Below are positions 1 through 9,651 of a stretch of DNA of 64,000 nucleotides, piece after piece. A program made the position numbers and the translations under genes. The first letter of the stretch is position 1. Every line of letters starts with the position of its first letter. Below the pieces are notes generated by a model. The model saw only the letters and a program-made list of their open reading frames with translations, had not been told where the DNA came from and searched no databases. Source of the stretch: Gemmatimonadota bacterium (GTDB taxonomy: Bacteria > Gemmatimonadota > Gemmatimonadetes > Palauibacterales > Palauibacteraceae); assembly GCA_039584815.1 (NCBI GenBank), contig JBDGXC010000002.1, forward strand, positions 89,508-153,507. The letters run 5' to 3'.

Positions 1-2
1 CC

Positions 3-509
3 AACGTCCGATGGCGGATCTTCGACCGCGGCGACCTCAAGTACATGATTCTGGAGCTGCTGCGGGAGCGCCCGATGCACGGGTACGAGGTGATGCGCGC
101 CCTGGAAAAGACGTCGCAGGGCTGTTACTCGGCTAGCCCCGGCTCGGTATATCCGGCTCTCCAGTCGCTCGAGGACGACGGGTACGTGAGCGGCGTGGAG
201 GAAGACGGGCGCAAGGTCTACACGATCACGGACGAGGGTCGGGAATTCCTGGACCGAAACCGGGATCGGGTGGAGGATATCCTGCACCGGCTCGGAGACT
301 TCGCCCGTCACTTCTCCGGCGCGCCGATGACGGACGTCACGAAGTCCTTCGTGCGGCTGGCGCACGCCAGCTTCGAGCAGACTGTGCGGCGGGTGGGCGA
401 TGAAGAGTCGCTCGAGAGAATGCGGGAGATTCTGGAGCGGGCGGCGCGAGAGATCGAGGGCGTCGGCAGAGCCAGCAGGGAACCCCGGGCCGAGGCGGAA
501 GAGGAATGA
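3..509 (+). CDS. PadR family transcriptional regulator (5' end off window)
   Basis: Frame continues open to the window start (..RGDLKYMILELLRERPMHGYEV..). This is the characteristic PadR winged-helix N-terminal motif; about 160 aa. Confidence 0.8.
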   Translation, partial: NVRWRIFDRGDLKYMILELLRERPMHGYEVMRALEKTSQGCYSASPGSVYPALQSLEDDGYVSGVEEDGRKVYTITDEGREFLDRNRDRVEDILHRLGDFARHFSGAPMTDVTKSFVRLAHASFEQTVRRVGDEESLERMREILERAAREIEGVGRASREPRAEAEEE

Positions 510-799
510 CAGCATTACTGGTGGGTGCGTGGTTTTTCTACATGGTCTCCTTCTGCGTGCTGGGCATCGTCTGCCGTCTCGCCTGCCGCGGCCGGATCGC
601 GCGAGGCGGGACTTGCGTGTGCGGTCGGCACTCGGATCGTGAGCGCGTTGCTCCATTCCGTGGGCGGACAGCAACTCCGACGTCCCGTCTCCGCTCCGCG
701 GAGCCGCACGTCCGGGCGCTGCAGCAGCGGTACGTCGAGGGGCTCCTCTCGATGGAGCAATACGAAGTCGAGCTGGACAGAGTCGTCGGTCTGGCGTGA
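506..799 (+). CDS. small membrane protein with C-terminal SHOCT-like motif
   Basis: The ATG overlaps the PadR stop (ATGA). The stop overlaps the tag GTG start (GTGA). There is an N-terminal TM helix (LLVGAWFFYMVSFCVLGIV). The C terminus (RYVEGLLSMEQYEVELDRV) resembles the SHOCT short C-terminal domain. Confidence 0.45.
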   Translation: MTALLVGAWFFYMVSFCVLGIVCRLACRGRIARGGTCVCGRHSDRERVAPFRGRTATPTSRLRSAEPHVRALQQRYVEGLLSMEQYEVELDRVVGLA

Positions 800-1386
800 C
801 CAGCCCCGGTCCGTCGGACCCCGCCGAGAATGTTCCACGTTGCGGGTGGGCCTCAGGCACCCGGATGATCGCCTACCACGATCGGGAGTGGGGCGTCCCG
901 CTTCACGAGGACCGCCGGCACTTCGAGTTCCTGCTGCTCGAGGGGGCGCAGGCGGGGCTCTCCTGGGAGACCATTCTCCGTAAGCGGGAGGGATACCGGC
1001 AGGCCTTCGCCGGCTTCGACCCGACGCGCGTGGCATTGTTCGGAGAGGCAGACCGCGACCGGCTGCTGGGTGACCCGGGCATCGTGCGCAATCGCCTCAA
1101 GATCAAGGCCGCGATCGGGAACGCACGCGCCTTTCTCGACGTGCAGCGCGAGTTCCAGAGCTTCGACTCCTACATATGGCGTTTCACCGGCGGAGCCACC
1201 ATCCGGAACCGATGGCGCAGGCTGTCCGACCTTCCGGCCGAAACGGAGGAATCGCGATGCATGAGCCGGGATCTCAAGCGGCGCGGCTTTCGCTTCGTCG
1301 GCCCGACCATCTGTTACGCCTACATGCAGGCGGTCGGGATGGTCAACGATCACCTGATCGGCTGCTTCCGGCACGAACAGGTCTGA
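796..1386 (+). CDS. tag: DNA-3-methyladenine glycosylase I
   Basis: Clear similarity to Tag across the length (CGW..IAYHDREWGVP..LEGAQAGLSWETIL..FVGPTICYAYMQAVGMVNDH). GTG start overlapping the upstream stop. Confidence 0.9.
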   Translation: MTSPGPSDPAENVPRCGWASGTRMIAYHDREWGVPLHEDRRHFEFLLLEGAQAGLSWETILRKREGYRQAFAGFDPTRVALFGEADRDRLLGDPGIVRNRLKIKAAIGNARAFLDVQREFQSFDSYIWRFTGGATIRNRWRRLSDLPAETEESRCMSRDLKRRGFRFVGPTICYAYMQAVGMVNDHLIGCFRHEQV

Positions 1387-1540
1387 GTCCCTCCTGAGCC
1401 GCCCCGTCCGGTCTGCCCACGCCGAGTCTTCCCCTGCCCGAAGGTTTTCTCACAGCCGCATGTCCCTGGAGCCCGATCCCGGGATGGAACCGGAGCGGCG
1501 ATCAGGGATACCCCATGCAACCGCCACCAGGAGGATAGGG

Positions 1541-2560
1541 ATGAAAGGCTGGTTCCGATGGTCGGCCGCCTGCGCCGTCGCGACGCTCGCTCTCGGAGCC
1601 GGGTTCGAAGGCGCGGGTCCGGGTGTGCTCGCGGCGCAGGACACGGTCCGGATCGAGGAGTGGGACGTTCCATGGGACGGCACGCGCCCGCGTGACCCGC
1701 ACGTCGCTCCCGATGGCCGGGTGTGGTTCGTGGGACAGACGGGGGACTACCTGGCCCGCTTCGATCCGGAGGACGAGAGCTTCGAGCGCTTCAACCTCGA
1801 CCCCGGTACCGGACCGCACAACCTGGTCGTGGATGGCGCCGGAATCGTGTGGTACGCGGGAAACCGGGCGGCGCACATCGGGCGGCTGGATCCCGCGAAC
1901 GGCGAGATCCGCGAGTATCCGATGCCGGATCCGGAGGCGGAGGACCCCCACACCCTGGTGTTCGACAGCGACGGGCGGATCTGGTTCACGGTGCAGCACG
2001 GGAACATGGTAGGCCGGTTCGACCCCACGTCCGGTGACGTCGATCTCGTGGCCGTACCGACGCCGGCGTCACGCCCGTACGGCATCGTCGTGGACGCCGG
2101 TGACCGGCCGTGGGCGACCGAGTTCGCGGCCGGGAAGATCGCCACGGTGGACCCGGCGACGCTGGAGCTGCGCGAGTACGAGCTCCCGCGAGCCGCCGCG
2201 CGTCCGCGCCGGCTCATGATCACGTCGGACGGAGCGATCTGGTACGTGGACTACGCGGGCGGCATGCTCGGTCGTCTGAACCGCGACACCGGCGAGGCCC
2301 GCGAGTACGAGCTTCCGGGTGGAGAGGGCTCCCGTCCCTACGGCATGGTGGTCGACGAGAGTGACACGATCTGGCTCGTGGAGACCGGGTCCCGCCCGAA
2401 CCGCTTCGTCGGGTTCGACACGCGGACGGCCGAGTTTCGGAGTGTGACCGACATTCCAAGCGGGGCGGGGAGTGTGCGGCACATGTACTACGATCCGGCG
2501 CACCGCGAGGTGTGGTTCGGTACGGACGCGAACACGGTCGGTCGGGCCAGCTTGCCGTGA
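1541..2560 (+). CDS. secreted Vgb-like (streptogramin-lyase family) beta-propeller protein
   Basis: GGAGGA RBS precedes the ATG at 1541. Signal peptide MKGWFRWSAACAVATLALGA. Six repeats of the type (R)PYGIVVDxxDxxW(F/Y). This is the blade motif of COG4257 Vgb lyase-like propellers. Confidence 0.65.
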   Translation: MKGWFRWSAACAVATLALGAGFEGAGPGVLAAQDTVRIEEWDVPWDGTRPRDPHVAPDGRVWFVGQTGDYLARFDPEDESFERFNLDPGTGPHNLVVDGAGIVWYAGNRAAHIGRLDPANGEIREYPMPDPEAEDPHTLVFDSDGRIWFTVQHGNMVGRFDPTSGDVDLVAVPTPASRPYGIVVDAGDRPWATEFAAGKIATVDPATLELREYELPRAAARPRRLMITSDGAIWYVDYAGGMLGRLNRDTGEAREYELPGGEGSRPYGMVVDESDTIWLVETGSRPNRFVGFDTRTAEFRSVTDIPSGAGSVRHMYYDPAHREVWFGTDANTVGRASLP

Positions 2561-2623
2561 CCCGGAGCCCCGGCGTCGCGTCACGATCGGAGCTCCTGCA
2601 CACCGATCGGGGGGAGATCGCTG

Positions 2624-3424
2624 ATGTCAGACAAGGGACGCCGCCCCGGCGCCCTGATCACGGGTGCCTCGAGCGGCATCGGGTACGAGCTGGCCCGGAT
2701 CCTGGCGCACGAAGGCCATAACGTGGCACTCGTGGCGCGATCGGGAGATCAGCTGGAGCGCATAGCCGACGAGCTGCGCTCCGATTGCGGCGTGCGTGCT
2801 GAAGTGGTCGTGGCGGACCTCGCGGAGCCCGGCGCTCCGGACGCGGTGCATGAGCGCCTGCTGCAAGCGGGCTTCCGGACCGACGTGCTGGTCAACAACG
2901 CGGGCTTCGGGAGCCTGGGCCCGTTCTGGCGGGCCGACGAGGGCACGCAGCTCGACATGGTGAACGTGAACGTCCGGGCCGTGACTCACCTGACCCGCCT
3001 ATTCGTGCCGGCGATGGTCGAAGGCGGATTCGGTCGCGTGCTCAATGTCGCGTCGACCGCTGCCTTTCAACCGGGACCGCTGATGGCGGTGTACTTCGCC
3101 ACGAAATCCTATGTGCTGTCCTTCTCGGAAGCGCTCGGCGAAGAGCTGCGGGGCACGGGCGTCACGGTGACCGCCCTGTGTCCCGGCCCCACGCCGACGG
3201 GCTTTCAGAAACGCGCCGCGATGGAGCGGACTCCGATCGGCGGCCACATGGTCACGGGAGACGTGGTGAAGGTGGCACAGGCCGGGTACAAGGGGATGGT
3301 GAGGGGAAGACGCGTCGTGATTCCCGGCGTCTTCAACCGCCTCGGTTCCTTCCTGCCGCGGCTGTTTCCGCGCCGTCTCGCCGCCTGGGTGGTCGCCCGC
3401 ATGACGGCATCGCGCAAGGGCTGA
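2624..3424 (+). CDS. SDR family oxidoreductase
   Basis: TGASSGIG Rossmann motif, NNAG, and the YxxxK catalytic motif (YFATK). 266 aa. Confidence 0.85.
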   Translation: MSDKGRRPGALITGASSGIGYELARILAHEGHNVALVARSGDQLERIADELRSDCGVRAEVVVADLAEPGAPDAVHERLLQAGFRTDVLVNNAGFGSLGPFWRADEGTQLDMVNVNVRAVTHLTRLFVPAMVEGGFGRVLNVASTAAFQPGPLMAVYFATKSYVLSFSEALGEELRGTGVTVTALCPGPTPTGFQKRAAMERTPIGGHMVTGDVVKVAQAGYKGMVRGRRVVIPGVFNRLGSFLPRLFPRRLAAWVVARMTASRKG

Positions 3425-3455
3425 TGCCGCGTTGGGCGACCCTGTCCTGCACCCG

Positions 3456-5516
3456 TCAGCTCACCGGCTGGAGGTATCGGCCCAGCCAGTCGAAGAACAC
3501 ACGGTGCCATAGGATCCCGTTCTGTGGAGAGAGGATCCAGTGTCCCTCCTCCGGGAAGTAGAGGAACCGGCTCTCGATTCCCTTCAGCTGGGCAGCCGTA
3601 AACGCCTGCATGCCCTCCGTGATCGGGACACGGAAATCCTTCTCGCCGTGAATCACCAGTATCGGCGTGTCCCAGTCCGCCACGAAGCGATGTGGCGAGA
3701 ACGCCTCGTAGCTGGCCGGGTTCTCCCAGTAGGGACCGGCCAGATCGAAGTTGACGAAGAACATCTCCTCGGTGGCCCCGTACATGCTCTCGAGGTTGAA
3801 CAGGCCGGCGTGCGCGACGAACGTCCGGAACCGCCCCCCGTGATTGCCGGCCAGCCAGTACACGGAATAGCCACCGAAGCTGGCGCCGATGGCCCCGAGT
3901 CGCCCCTGGTCCACGTACGGCTCCGCGGCCACGTGATCGATCGACGCGAGTAGGTCCTCCATGGCCTGGCCGCCCCAGTCGCCCGAGATCTGTTCCTTCC
4001 ACTCCTGTCCGAAGCTCGGAACCCCACGCCGGTTCGGAGCGACCACGATGTACCCGTGCGCCGCCATGAGCTGGAAGTTCCACCGGTACGAGAAGAACTG
4101 GCTCACCGTGCCCTGTGGTCCGCCCTGCGCGTACAGGAGGGCCGGGTAGCGACGCGACGGATCGAAGCCCGGCGGGTAAATCACCCATGTCAGGATCTCC
4201 TGCCCGTCGCTAGCCGGGACCATGCGCTTCTCGACGCGCCCCAGCTCCACTCCGGCCAGAATCTCGCGGTTGGCATACGTGAGCTGTTCGGCGGCGCCGG
4301 TCTCCGGATCGACCCGGAAGATCTCGGTCGGGGCAGACATCGAGCGGCGGGCCGCGACGAGAGTCTCACCTTCCCCGGATCCCGCCGCGTCGAGCGACAC
4401 GTAGTCGAACACGCCTTCAGTCACCTGATGCACCGGGCCGCCCGCGGCGGCGACGGTGAAGATCTGAACGGTGCCCCGCGAGTCGCTGATGAAGTGCAGC
4501 GCGTCTCCTCCGGCGGTCCATACGGGGGAATGCGCATCGTTATCGTAGCCGGTTGTGAGCTCGCGCGTCGATCCGGTCCCGAAGTCATGCACGAACAGAC
4601 GGTTGCGATCGGCCTCGTAACCGTCCCGTTCCATGCTCAGCCATGCGATGCGTCCTCCGTCGGGCGAGAACACCGGCTCGACGTCGTAGCCCGGCATGCC
4701 CCTGGTGAGGTTCGTGGTCTCGCCTGCGTCGAGGTCGAAAATGTAGATGTCGGAGTTCGTGCTCACCGTGTACGCCGTGCCCACGACCTTCTTCGCGGTG
4801 TACGCGATCCTCCGTCCATCGGGACTCCAGCCGATCTGCTCGACCCCGCCAAACGGATTGAGAGGTGTGTCGAAGGCCTCGCCGGGCATCAGGTCCACGG
4901 GCGTCCCCACCCGTCCGTCACCGTAGCGGGCCACGAAGAGATGACTGTAGGCGTAATCGTGCCAGGCGTCCCAATGCCGGTACATCAACCCGTCCATGAT
5001 GCGGGCGTCGGCCTCGGGGAGGTCCGGGTACAGGTCATGGATCGTCGGATCGAGCTTTACGTCCCGAGTGAACGAGACATGCGATCCGTCCGGGCCGTAG
5101 CTGAAGTTCCCGACACCGCCCTCGACGTCTGTCACCTGGCGCAGCTTTCCGCCGTCCGGCCGTACTTCCCACAACTGGGTCGTGCCCCCGTTGCTGGACA
5201 GGAAGCCGATCCACTGACCGTCCGGCCGCCACGTGGCCCCGCTCTCCGACCCTTCCATGTCCGTGAGCCGGACCGGCGTTCCTCCCTCGACGGATACAAG
5301 GAAGAGATCCGTATCGCCCTTGTTCGCCTGCACGTCGTACGAGCGCACCCCGTAGACGATGGATTGACCGTCGGGCGAAACGGAGGGGGCGGAGACGCGC
5401 TTCAGCTTCCACAGCAGCTCCGGCGTCATGACGTCCTGCGCGCCGGCGCGCCCGGGCACGGCGACGATCGACAGCGCGATGAGAAGGCAGATTGCGGCGC
5501 TGAACCGTGCAGTCAT
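3456..5516 (-). CDS. S9 family serine peptidase (prolyl oligopeptidase/acylaminoacyl-peptidase type), secreted
   Basis: N-terminal signal peptide. The N-terminal region has beta-propeller-like repeats. The C-terminal alpha/beta hydrolase carries GASFGGY (GxSxGG) and a terminal EEGHW His. Confidence 0.85.
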   Translation of the reverse strand: MTARFSAAICLLIALSIVAVPGRAGAQDVMTPELLWKLKRVSAPSVSPDGQSIVYGVRSYDVQANKGDTDLFLVSVEGGTPVRLTDMEGSESGATWRPDGQWIGFLSSNGGTTQLWEVRPDGGKLRQVTDVEGGVGNFSYGPDGSHVSFTRDVKLDPTIHDLYPDLPEADARIMDGLMYRHWDAWHDYAYSHLFVARYGDGRVGTPVDLMPGEAFDTPLNPFGGVEQIGWSPDGRRIAYTAKKVVGTAYTVSTNSDIYIFDLDAGETTNLTRGMPGYDVEPVFSPDGGRIAWLSMERDGYEADRNRLFVHDFGTGSTRELTTGYDNDAHSPVWTAGGDALHFISDSRGTVQIFTVAAAGGPVHQVTEGVFDYVSLDAAGSGEGETLVAARRSMSAPTEIFRVDPETGAAEQLTYANREILAGVELGRVEKRMVPASDGQEILTWVIYPPGFDPSRRYPALLYAQGGPQGTVSQFFSYRWNFQLMAAHGYIVVAPNRRGVPSFGQEWKEQISGDWGGQAMEDLLASIDHVAAEPYVDQGRLGAIGASFGGYSVYWLAGNHGGRFRTFVAHAGLFNLESMYGATEEMFFVNFDLAGPYWENPASYEAFSPHRFVADWDTPILVIHGEKDFRVPITEGMQAFTAAQLKGIESRFLYFPEEGHWILSPQNGILWHRVFFDWLGRYLQPVS

Positions 5517-6113
5517 TTCGACCTGACCTCCGTGTTGCCCGCGGTCCCGCCCCGACCGCGAAATGGGGTGTCATGGTGTGTCCTCCCGCACTACCATGCA
5601 ACCCGCCTGCCACGGTGCGGACCGGCGCCGCGGTATCGATCTCTCACAGCGAGCAAGTGGCCATGCCGAAATCCGGGACGCGCCGACCTCTCGCCTGACA
5701 CCTGCTCGGGCTGTGGCGGCCCCCGACACTTTGACCCACAACGGGCGTAGCTGGCACGCGAGAGAGTATGGGGCTCTCCAACCGTGATCGGCGGATCACC
5801 ATATCGGATCTTGTTCTCATCCGCCCTCTCTCGTTGAGACGAATCCGGCATGCTCCTTGCCCGATCCAACGCCAATTACCCTTCATGATCAAGATTCCGC
5901 TGAGGCCGGAAGGCCCGTGGGACATCCTGCGATAGACCAGCGTCGCGCCGACGGCGGCGAGTTCTGATACAGACCAGCTACACGAATGTCAGTGACACTG
6001 CGTGGTGGGCTTTCGCGGGCGGGATAGCTCCATCGTCGTCCCGTGGGGGAGAGTGCCGGAGTGGCGAACCTGCGTCGACAGTTCTTCCCCTCGGATCTTC
6101 AACGGAGGTTGCC

Positions 6114-7232
6114 ATGACCGAATCCCCGAGCTGGTTCGTCGAGGAGCTCGAGAGGCGGGGCGTCTCGCGTCGCGAATTCGTGGGCTTCTGCGGGGTGATG
6201 GCTTCGGTCCTCGCTCTGCCGAGGACGCTGGGCGCGAGAATCGGACAGGCCATCGAGAGCAGCAACAAGCCGACCCTGGTCTGGCTGGAGTTCCAGGACT
6301 GTGCCGGCAATACAGAGTCGTTCCTCAGGGCCGGTCGACCGACGGTGGCCGATATCATCCTGGACACGTTGTCGGTCGACTATCACGAGACGATCATGGC
6401 GGCTGCAGGTCATCAGGCCGAGGAGAACCTGGCAACGGTGGTGGCTGAGAAGCCCGGAGAGTACCTCGCCGTCGTGGAGGGATCGATCCCGACGGGGGCG
6501 AACGGCGCCTATTGTACTGTTGGGGGCCGATCGGCGCTGCAGATGGCGACGGAAGTGTGCAGCGATGCGGCCGCCACCATCGCGATCGGTACGTGTGCCG
6601 CGTTTGGTGGCCTCCCGGCGGCGGCGCCGAATCCCACCGGGGCGCTCAGCGTTTCAGATGCGGTGCCTGGCCTTAGGAACCTCATCAATCTTCCGGCATG
6701 TCCGGCGAACGCCGACAACCTGGCCGCATTGATCGTCTACTACATAACCTTCGGCCGGTGGCCGCCACTGGATGTTTACCGCCGACCCCTGTTCGCGTAC
6801 GGGAAGGCCATCCACGACAACTGCGAGCGCAGAGCCCACTACGATGCCGGGCAATACGTGGAGAACTGGGGTGACGAGGGGCACCGCCTCGGGTACTGCC
6901 TCTACAAGATGGGCTGCAAGGGTCCCGTAACGTTCCAGAACTGCCCGAACGTCGGGTGGAACGAGGGCACGAACTGGCCTGTCGGCTGCGGCCACCCGTG
7001 CCTAGGGTGCGCCGAACCTGACTTCTGGGACAAGATGACGCCGTTCTATAGCCACATCGCAGGTGTGCCTGGTTTCGGAGTCCACGCGAGCGCGGACCGA
7101 GTGGGGCTGTGGCTCACCGCCGGCGTCGCAGCAGCGTACGCTGCGGGAGGACTGATCCAGTACGGCAGACGGCTCGCGCACGATAAGCCAGAGGCGGCCG
7201 CCGTGGAAGAAGAGAAGGGAGGTCTGTCATGA
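6114..7232 (+). CDS. hupS: [NiFe]-hydrogenase small subunit (membrane-bound uptake type, Tat-exported)
   Basis: GGAGG RBS. Twin-arginine motif SRREFVGF. FeS-cluster motifs GTCAAFGG, LPACPAN, HDNCERRAHYD, and CxxxxxxC..GCGHPCLGC. C-terminal TM anchor. Confidence 0.92.
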   Translation: MTESPSWFVEELERRGVSRREFVGFCGVMASVLALPRTLGARIGQAIESSNKPTLVWLEFQDCAGNTESFLRAGRPTVADIILDTLSVDYHETIMAAAGHQAEENLATVVAEKPGEYLAVVEGSIPTGANGAYCTVGGRSALQMATEVCSDAAATIAIGTCAAFGGLPAAAPNPTGALSVSDAVPGLRNLINLPACPANADNLAALIVYYITFGRWPPLDVYRRPLFAYGKAIHDNCERRAHYDAGQYVENWGDEGHRLGYCLYKMGCKGPVTFQNCPNVGWNEGTNWPVGCGHPCLGCAEPDFWDKMTPFYSHIAGVPGFGVHASADRVGLWLTAGVAAAYAAGGLIQYGRRLAHDKPEAAAVEEEKGGLS

Positions 7233-8935
7233 CCCACGTCGTTGTCGATCCGGTCACGCGCATCGAGGGCCACCTGCGGGTCGAAGCGGAGGTCGATGGC
7301 GGCGCAGTACAGGATGCCTGGTCCTCCTCCACGATGTTCCGAGGGGTCGAGATCATCCTCAGAGGCCGGGACCCGAGGGACGCATGGGCCTTCACCCAGC
7401 GGATCTGCGGCGTCTGCACGACAGTTCACTCAATCGCATCGATCCGCGCCGTGGAGAACGCCATCGGCGCCCGCCCGCCGGCGAACGCGCGGCTGCTGCG
7501 CAACCTGATCATGGCCGCACAGATGGTCCAGGACCATGTGGTCCACTTCTACCATCTGCACGCCCTGGATTGGGTGGACGTCGTCTCGGCGCTGTCGGCC
7601 GATCCTGGGGCGACGTCGCGGCTCGCTCAGTCCGTCTCGGACTGGCCGCTCTCCAGCGCGACCTACTTTAGCGGTGTGAGGGAACGGGTACAGCAGTTCG
7701 TCGAGCGTGGTCAACTCGGGCCCTTCGCGAACGCCTACTGGGGCCACCCGGCCTATCGCCTTCCCCCGGAGGCGAACCTGCTTGCCGTAGCGCATTACCT
7801 GGAGGCGCTCGACTGGCAGAGGGATTTCATCAAGATGCACGCGGTGCTGGGGGGAAAGAATCCACACTTGCAGAGCTTCCTGGTCGGAGGCATGGCTACG
7901 CCGGTCGATCCCGACAAGCAGGCTGCGATCAACGTGACCTCGATTTCCACCATGCGGAAGCTGATCCGGGAGGCGCGCGCTTTCGTCGCGAAGGTCTACA
8001 TCCCAGACCTTCTGGCGGTGGCGTCGTTCTACAAGGACTGGGCGGGCTACGGCGCCGGTGTCGGCGACTATCTGGCGTACGGCGAGTTTCCGGAGGGTGA
8101 CGATCCCAACTCTCCCCTCTTCCTCCCCACCGGCCTCATCCGGGACCGGGACCTGTCTGCCGTCGAGCCGATGGATCAGACGAAGATCACCGAGTACGTG
8201 ACCCACTCGTGGTACGAGTACTCGACCGGAGACGGCGAGGGGCTGCATCCGGCAAGTGGAGAGACGAATCCGACCTACACCGGACCGGAGCCGCCCTATG
8301 AGCGTCTGAATACCGACGGCAAGTACAGCTGGCTGAAGTCGCCACGGTATGACGGGCTACCGATGGAGGTCGGTCCACTGTCTCGCATGCTGGTGGCTTA
8401 CGGCTCGGGTCACGCGAGGGTGCAGGAGCTGGTCGGTTACGCCCTGGGAGAGCTGGGTGTCGGACCCGACGCCTTGTTCTCCACGCTTGGCCGAGTCGCG
8501 GCCCGCGGCATCGAGACGCTGGTCCTGGTGGAGAAGATGGAAGACTGGCTGGACGAGCTTGCCGACAACATGGGCCGCGGCCAGCTGGACATTCACGACA
8601 ACACGAAGTGGGATCCGTCCACGTGGCCCAGCGAATGCAGCGGCGCGGGCTTCCACGAAGCCCCTCGCGGTGCCCTCGGCCACTGGGTCCACATCGTGAA
8701 CGGCGAGATTGCCAGTTACCAGTGTGTGGTGCCTAGCACGTGGAACGCGGGACCGCGGGATGCCGCCGGACAGCGCGGACCGTATGAGGAAGCCCTGGTG
8801 GGCACCCCCGTGGCCGATCCCGAGCATCCCCTTGAGATCCTGCGAACCCTGCACTCCTTCGATCCCTGCATGGCGTGCGGTGTCCATGTCGTGGACCGCG
8901 CCGGTCACGAACTGGCAACCGTGAGGCTGCCATGA
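7229..8935 (+). CDS. hupL: [NiFe]-hydrogenase large subunit
   Basis: ATGA overlap with hupS. N-terminal RIEGH and RICGVCTTVHSIAS (L1 motif). C-terminal DPCMACGVHVVD (L2 motif), with a post-His tail consistent with HupD cleavage. Confidence 0.95.
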   Translation: MTHVVVDPVTRIEGHLRVEAEVDGGAVQDAWSSSTMFRGVEIILRGRDPRDAWAFTQRICGVCTTVHSIASIRAVENAIGARPPANARLLRNLIMAAQMVQDHVVHFYHLHALDWVDVVSALSADPGATSRLAQSVSDWPLSSATYFSGVRERVQQFVERGQLGPFANAYWGHPAYRLPPEANLLAVAHYLEALDWQRDFIKMHAVLGGKNPHLQSFLVGGMATPVDPDKQAAINVTSISTMRKLIREARAFVAKVYIPDLLAVASFYKDWAGYGAGVGDYLAYGEFPEGDDPNSPLFLPTGLIRDRDLSAVEPMDQTKITEYVTHSWYEYSTGDGEGLHPASGETNPTYTGPEPPYERLNTDGKYSWLKSPRYDGLPMEVGPLSRMLVAYGSGHARVQELVGYALGELGVGPDALFSTLGRVAARGIETLVLVEKMEDWLDELADNMGRGQLDIHDNTKWDPSTWPSECSGAGFHEAPRGALGHWVHIVNGEIASYQCVVPSTWNAGPRDAAGQRGPYEEALVGTPVADPEHPLEILRTLHSFDPCMACGVHVVDRAGHELATVRLP

Positions 8936-9651
8936 GCGAAGCGACGAGCATGACAGCGGAGCCAGCGCTCGTCAGGGTCTACGTCTGGGATCTGGTCGTC
9001 CGCCTCACCCACTGGCTCCTGGCCCTTTCCATTGTCGTCCTGGCCGTCACCGGGTTCTATATCGGGAACCCCTTCATCGTAGCTCCGGACCCCGCGGGAC
9101 AGACTTTCGTGATGGGTACGGTGCAGGCGATTCACTTCTACGCGGCGGCGGTCTTCAGTCTGTCCGAGCTTTCCAGGATCCTGTGGATGTTTCTGGGAAA
9201 AAGATACGCCCGTTGGAACGAGCTGATACCGACGAGCAGGCATCGGTGGAAACTGGCGTGGGAGTGGATGAAGTTCTACGTTCTCTTTCGCCCGGTCACC
9301 CCGAAGTTCGTGGGCCATAACCCGCTTGCGGGAATCACCTACGTCGTGGTCTATGCGGTCGGCCTCCTGACGGCGCTCACCGGTTACGCCATGTTCTCGG
9401 TATACGCCGGAGCGGGCTCGCCGATGCAGGTCTTCTCGGGCCTCCAGCCGGTCTTCGGCGGGCTCCAGACCGCTCGGTGGATCCATCACGTGTGCATGTG
9501 GGTGTTCGTGTTGTTCGTCATCCACCACGTGTCCTGTGCCCTTCTCGTCGCCCGGGCAGCCAAGAACGCCGCGATCGAGTCGATGTTCTCGGGCTACCGG
9601 TTCGTTCGGGCGGATGACCTGGAGGCGGAGGAGGTGGGAAGAGAAGGATGA
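8932..9651 (+). CDS. hupC: Ni/Fe-hydrogenase b-type cytochrome subunit
   Basis: ATGA overlap with hupL. About four TM helices with conserved His (LTHWLLALSIVVLAVTGFYIGNPF, IHHVCMWVFVLFVIHHV). HyaC/HupC family. Confidence 0.85.
   Translation: MSEATSMTAEPALVRVYVWDLVVRLTHWLLALSIVVLAVTGFYIGNPFIVAPDPAGQTFVMGTVQAIHFYAAAVFSLSELSRILWMFLGKRYARWNELIPTSRHRWKLAWEWMKFYVLFRPVTPKFVGHNPLAGITYVVVYAVGLLTALTGYAMFSVYAGAGSPMQVFSGLQPVFGGLQTARWIHHVCMWVFVLFVIHHVSCALLVARAAKNAAIESMFSGYRFVRADDLEAEEVGREG

Noticed and set aside
4056-5750. 564-aa + strand ORF
   Set aside because: It is antisense to the S9 peptidase, which carries clear catalytic motifs. Long spurious ORFs are expected at about 70% GC.
5740-5765. TGGCAC sequence resembling a sigma54 -24 element
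   Set aside because: There is no GC dinucleotide or TTGC at the -12 spacing.
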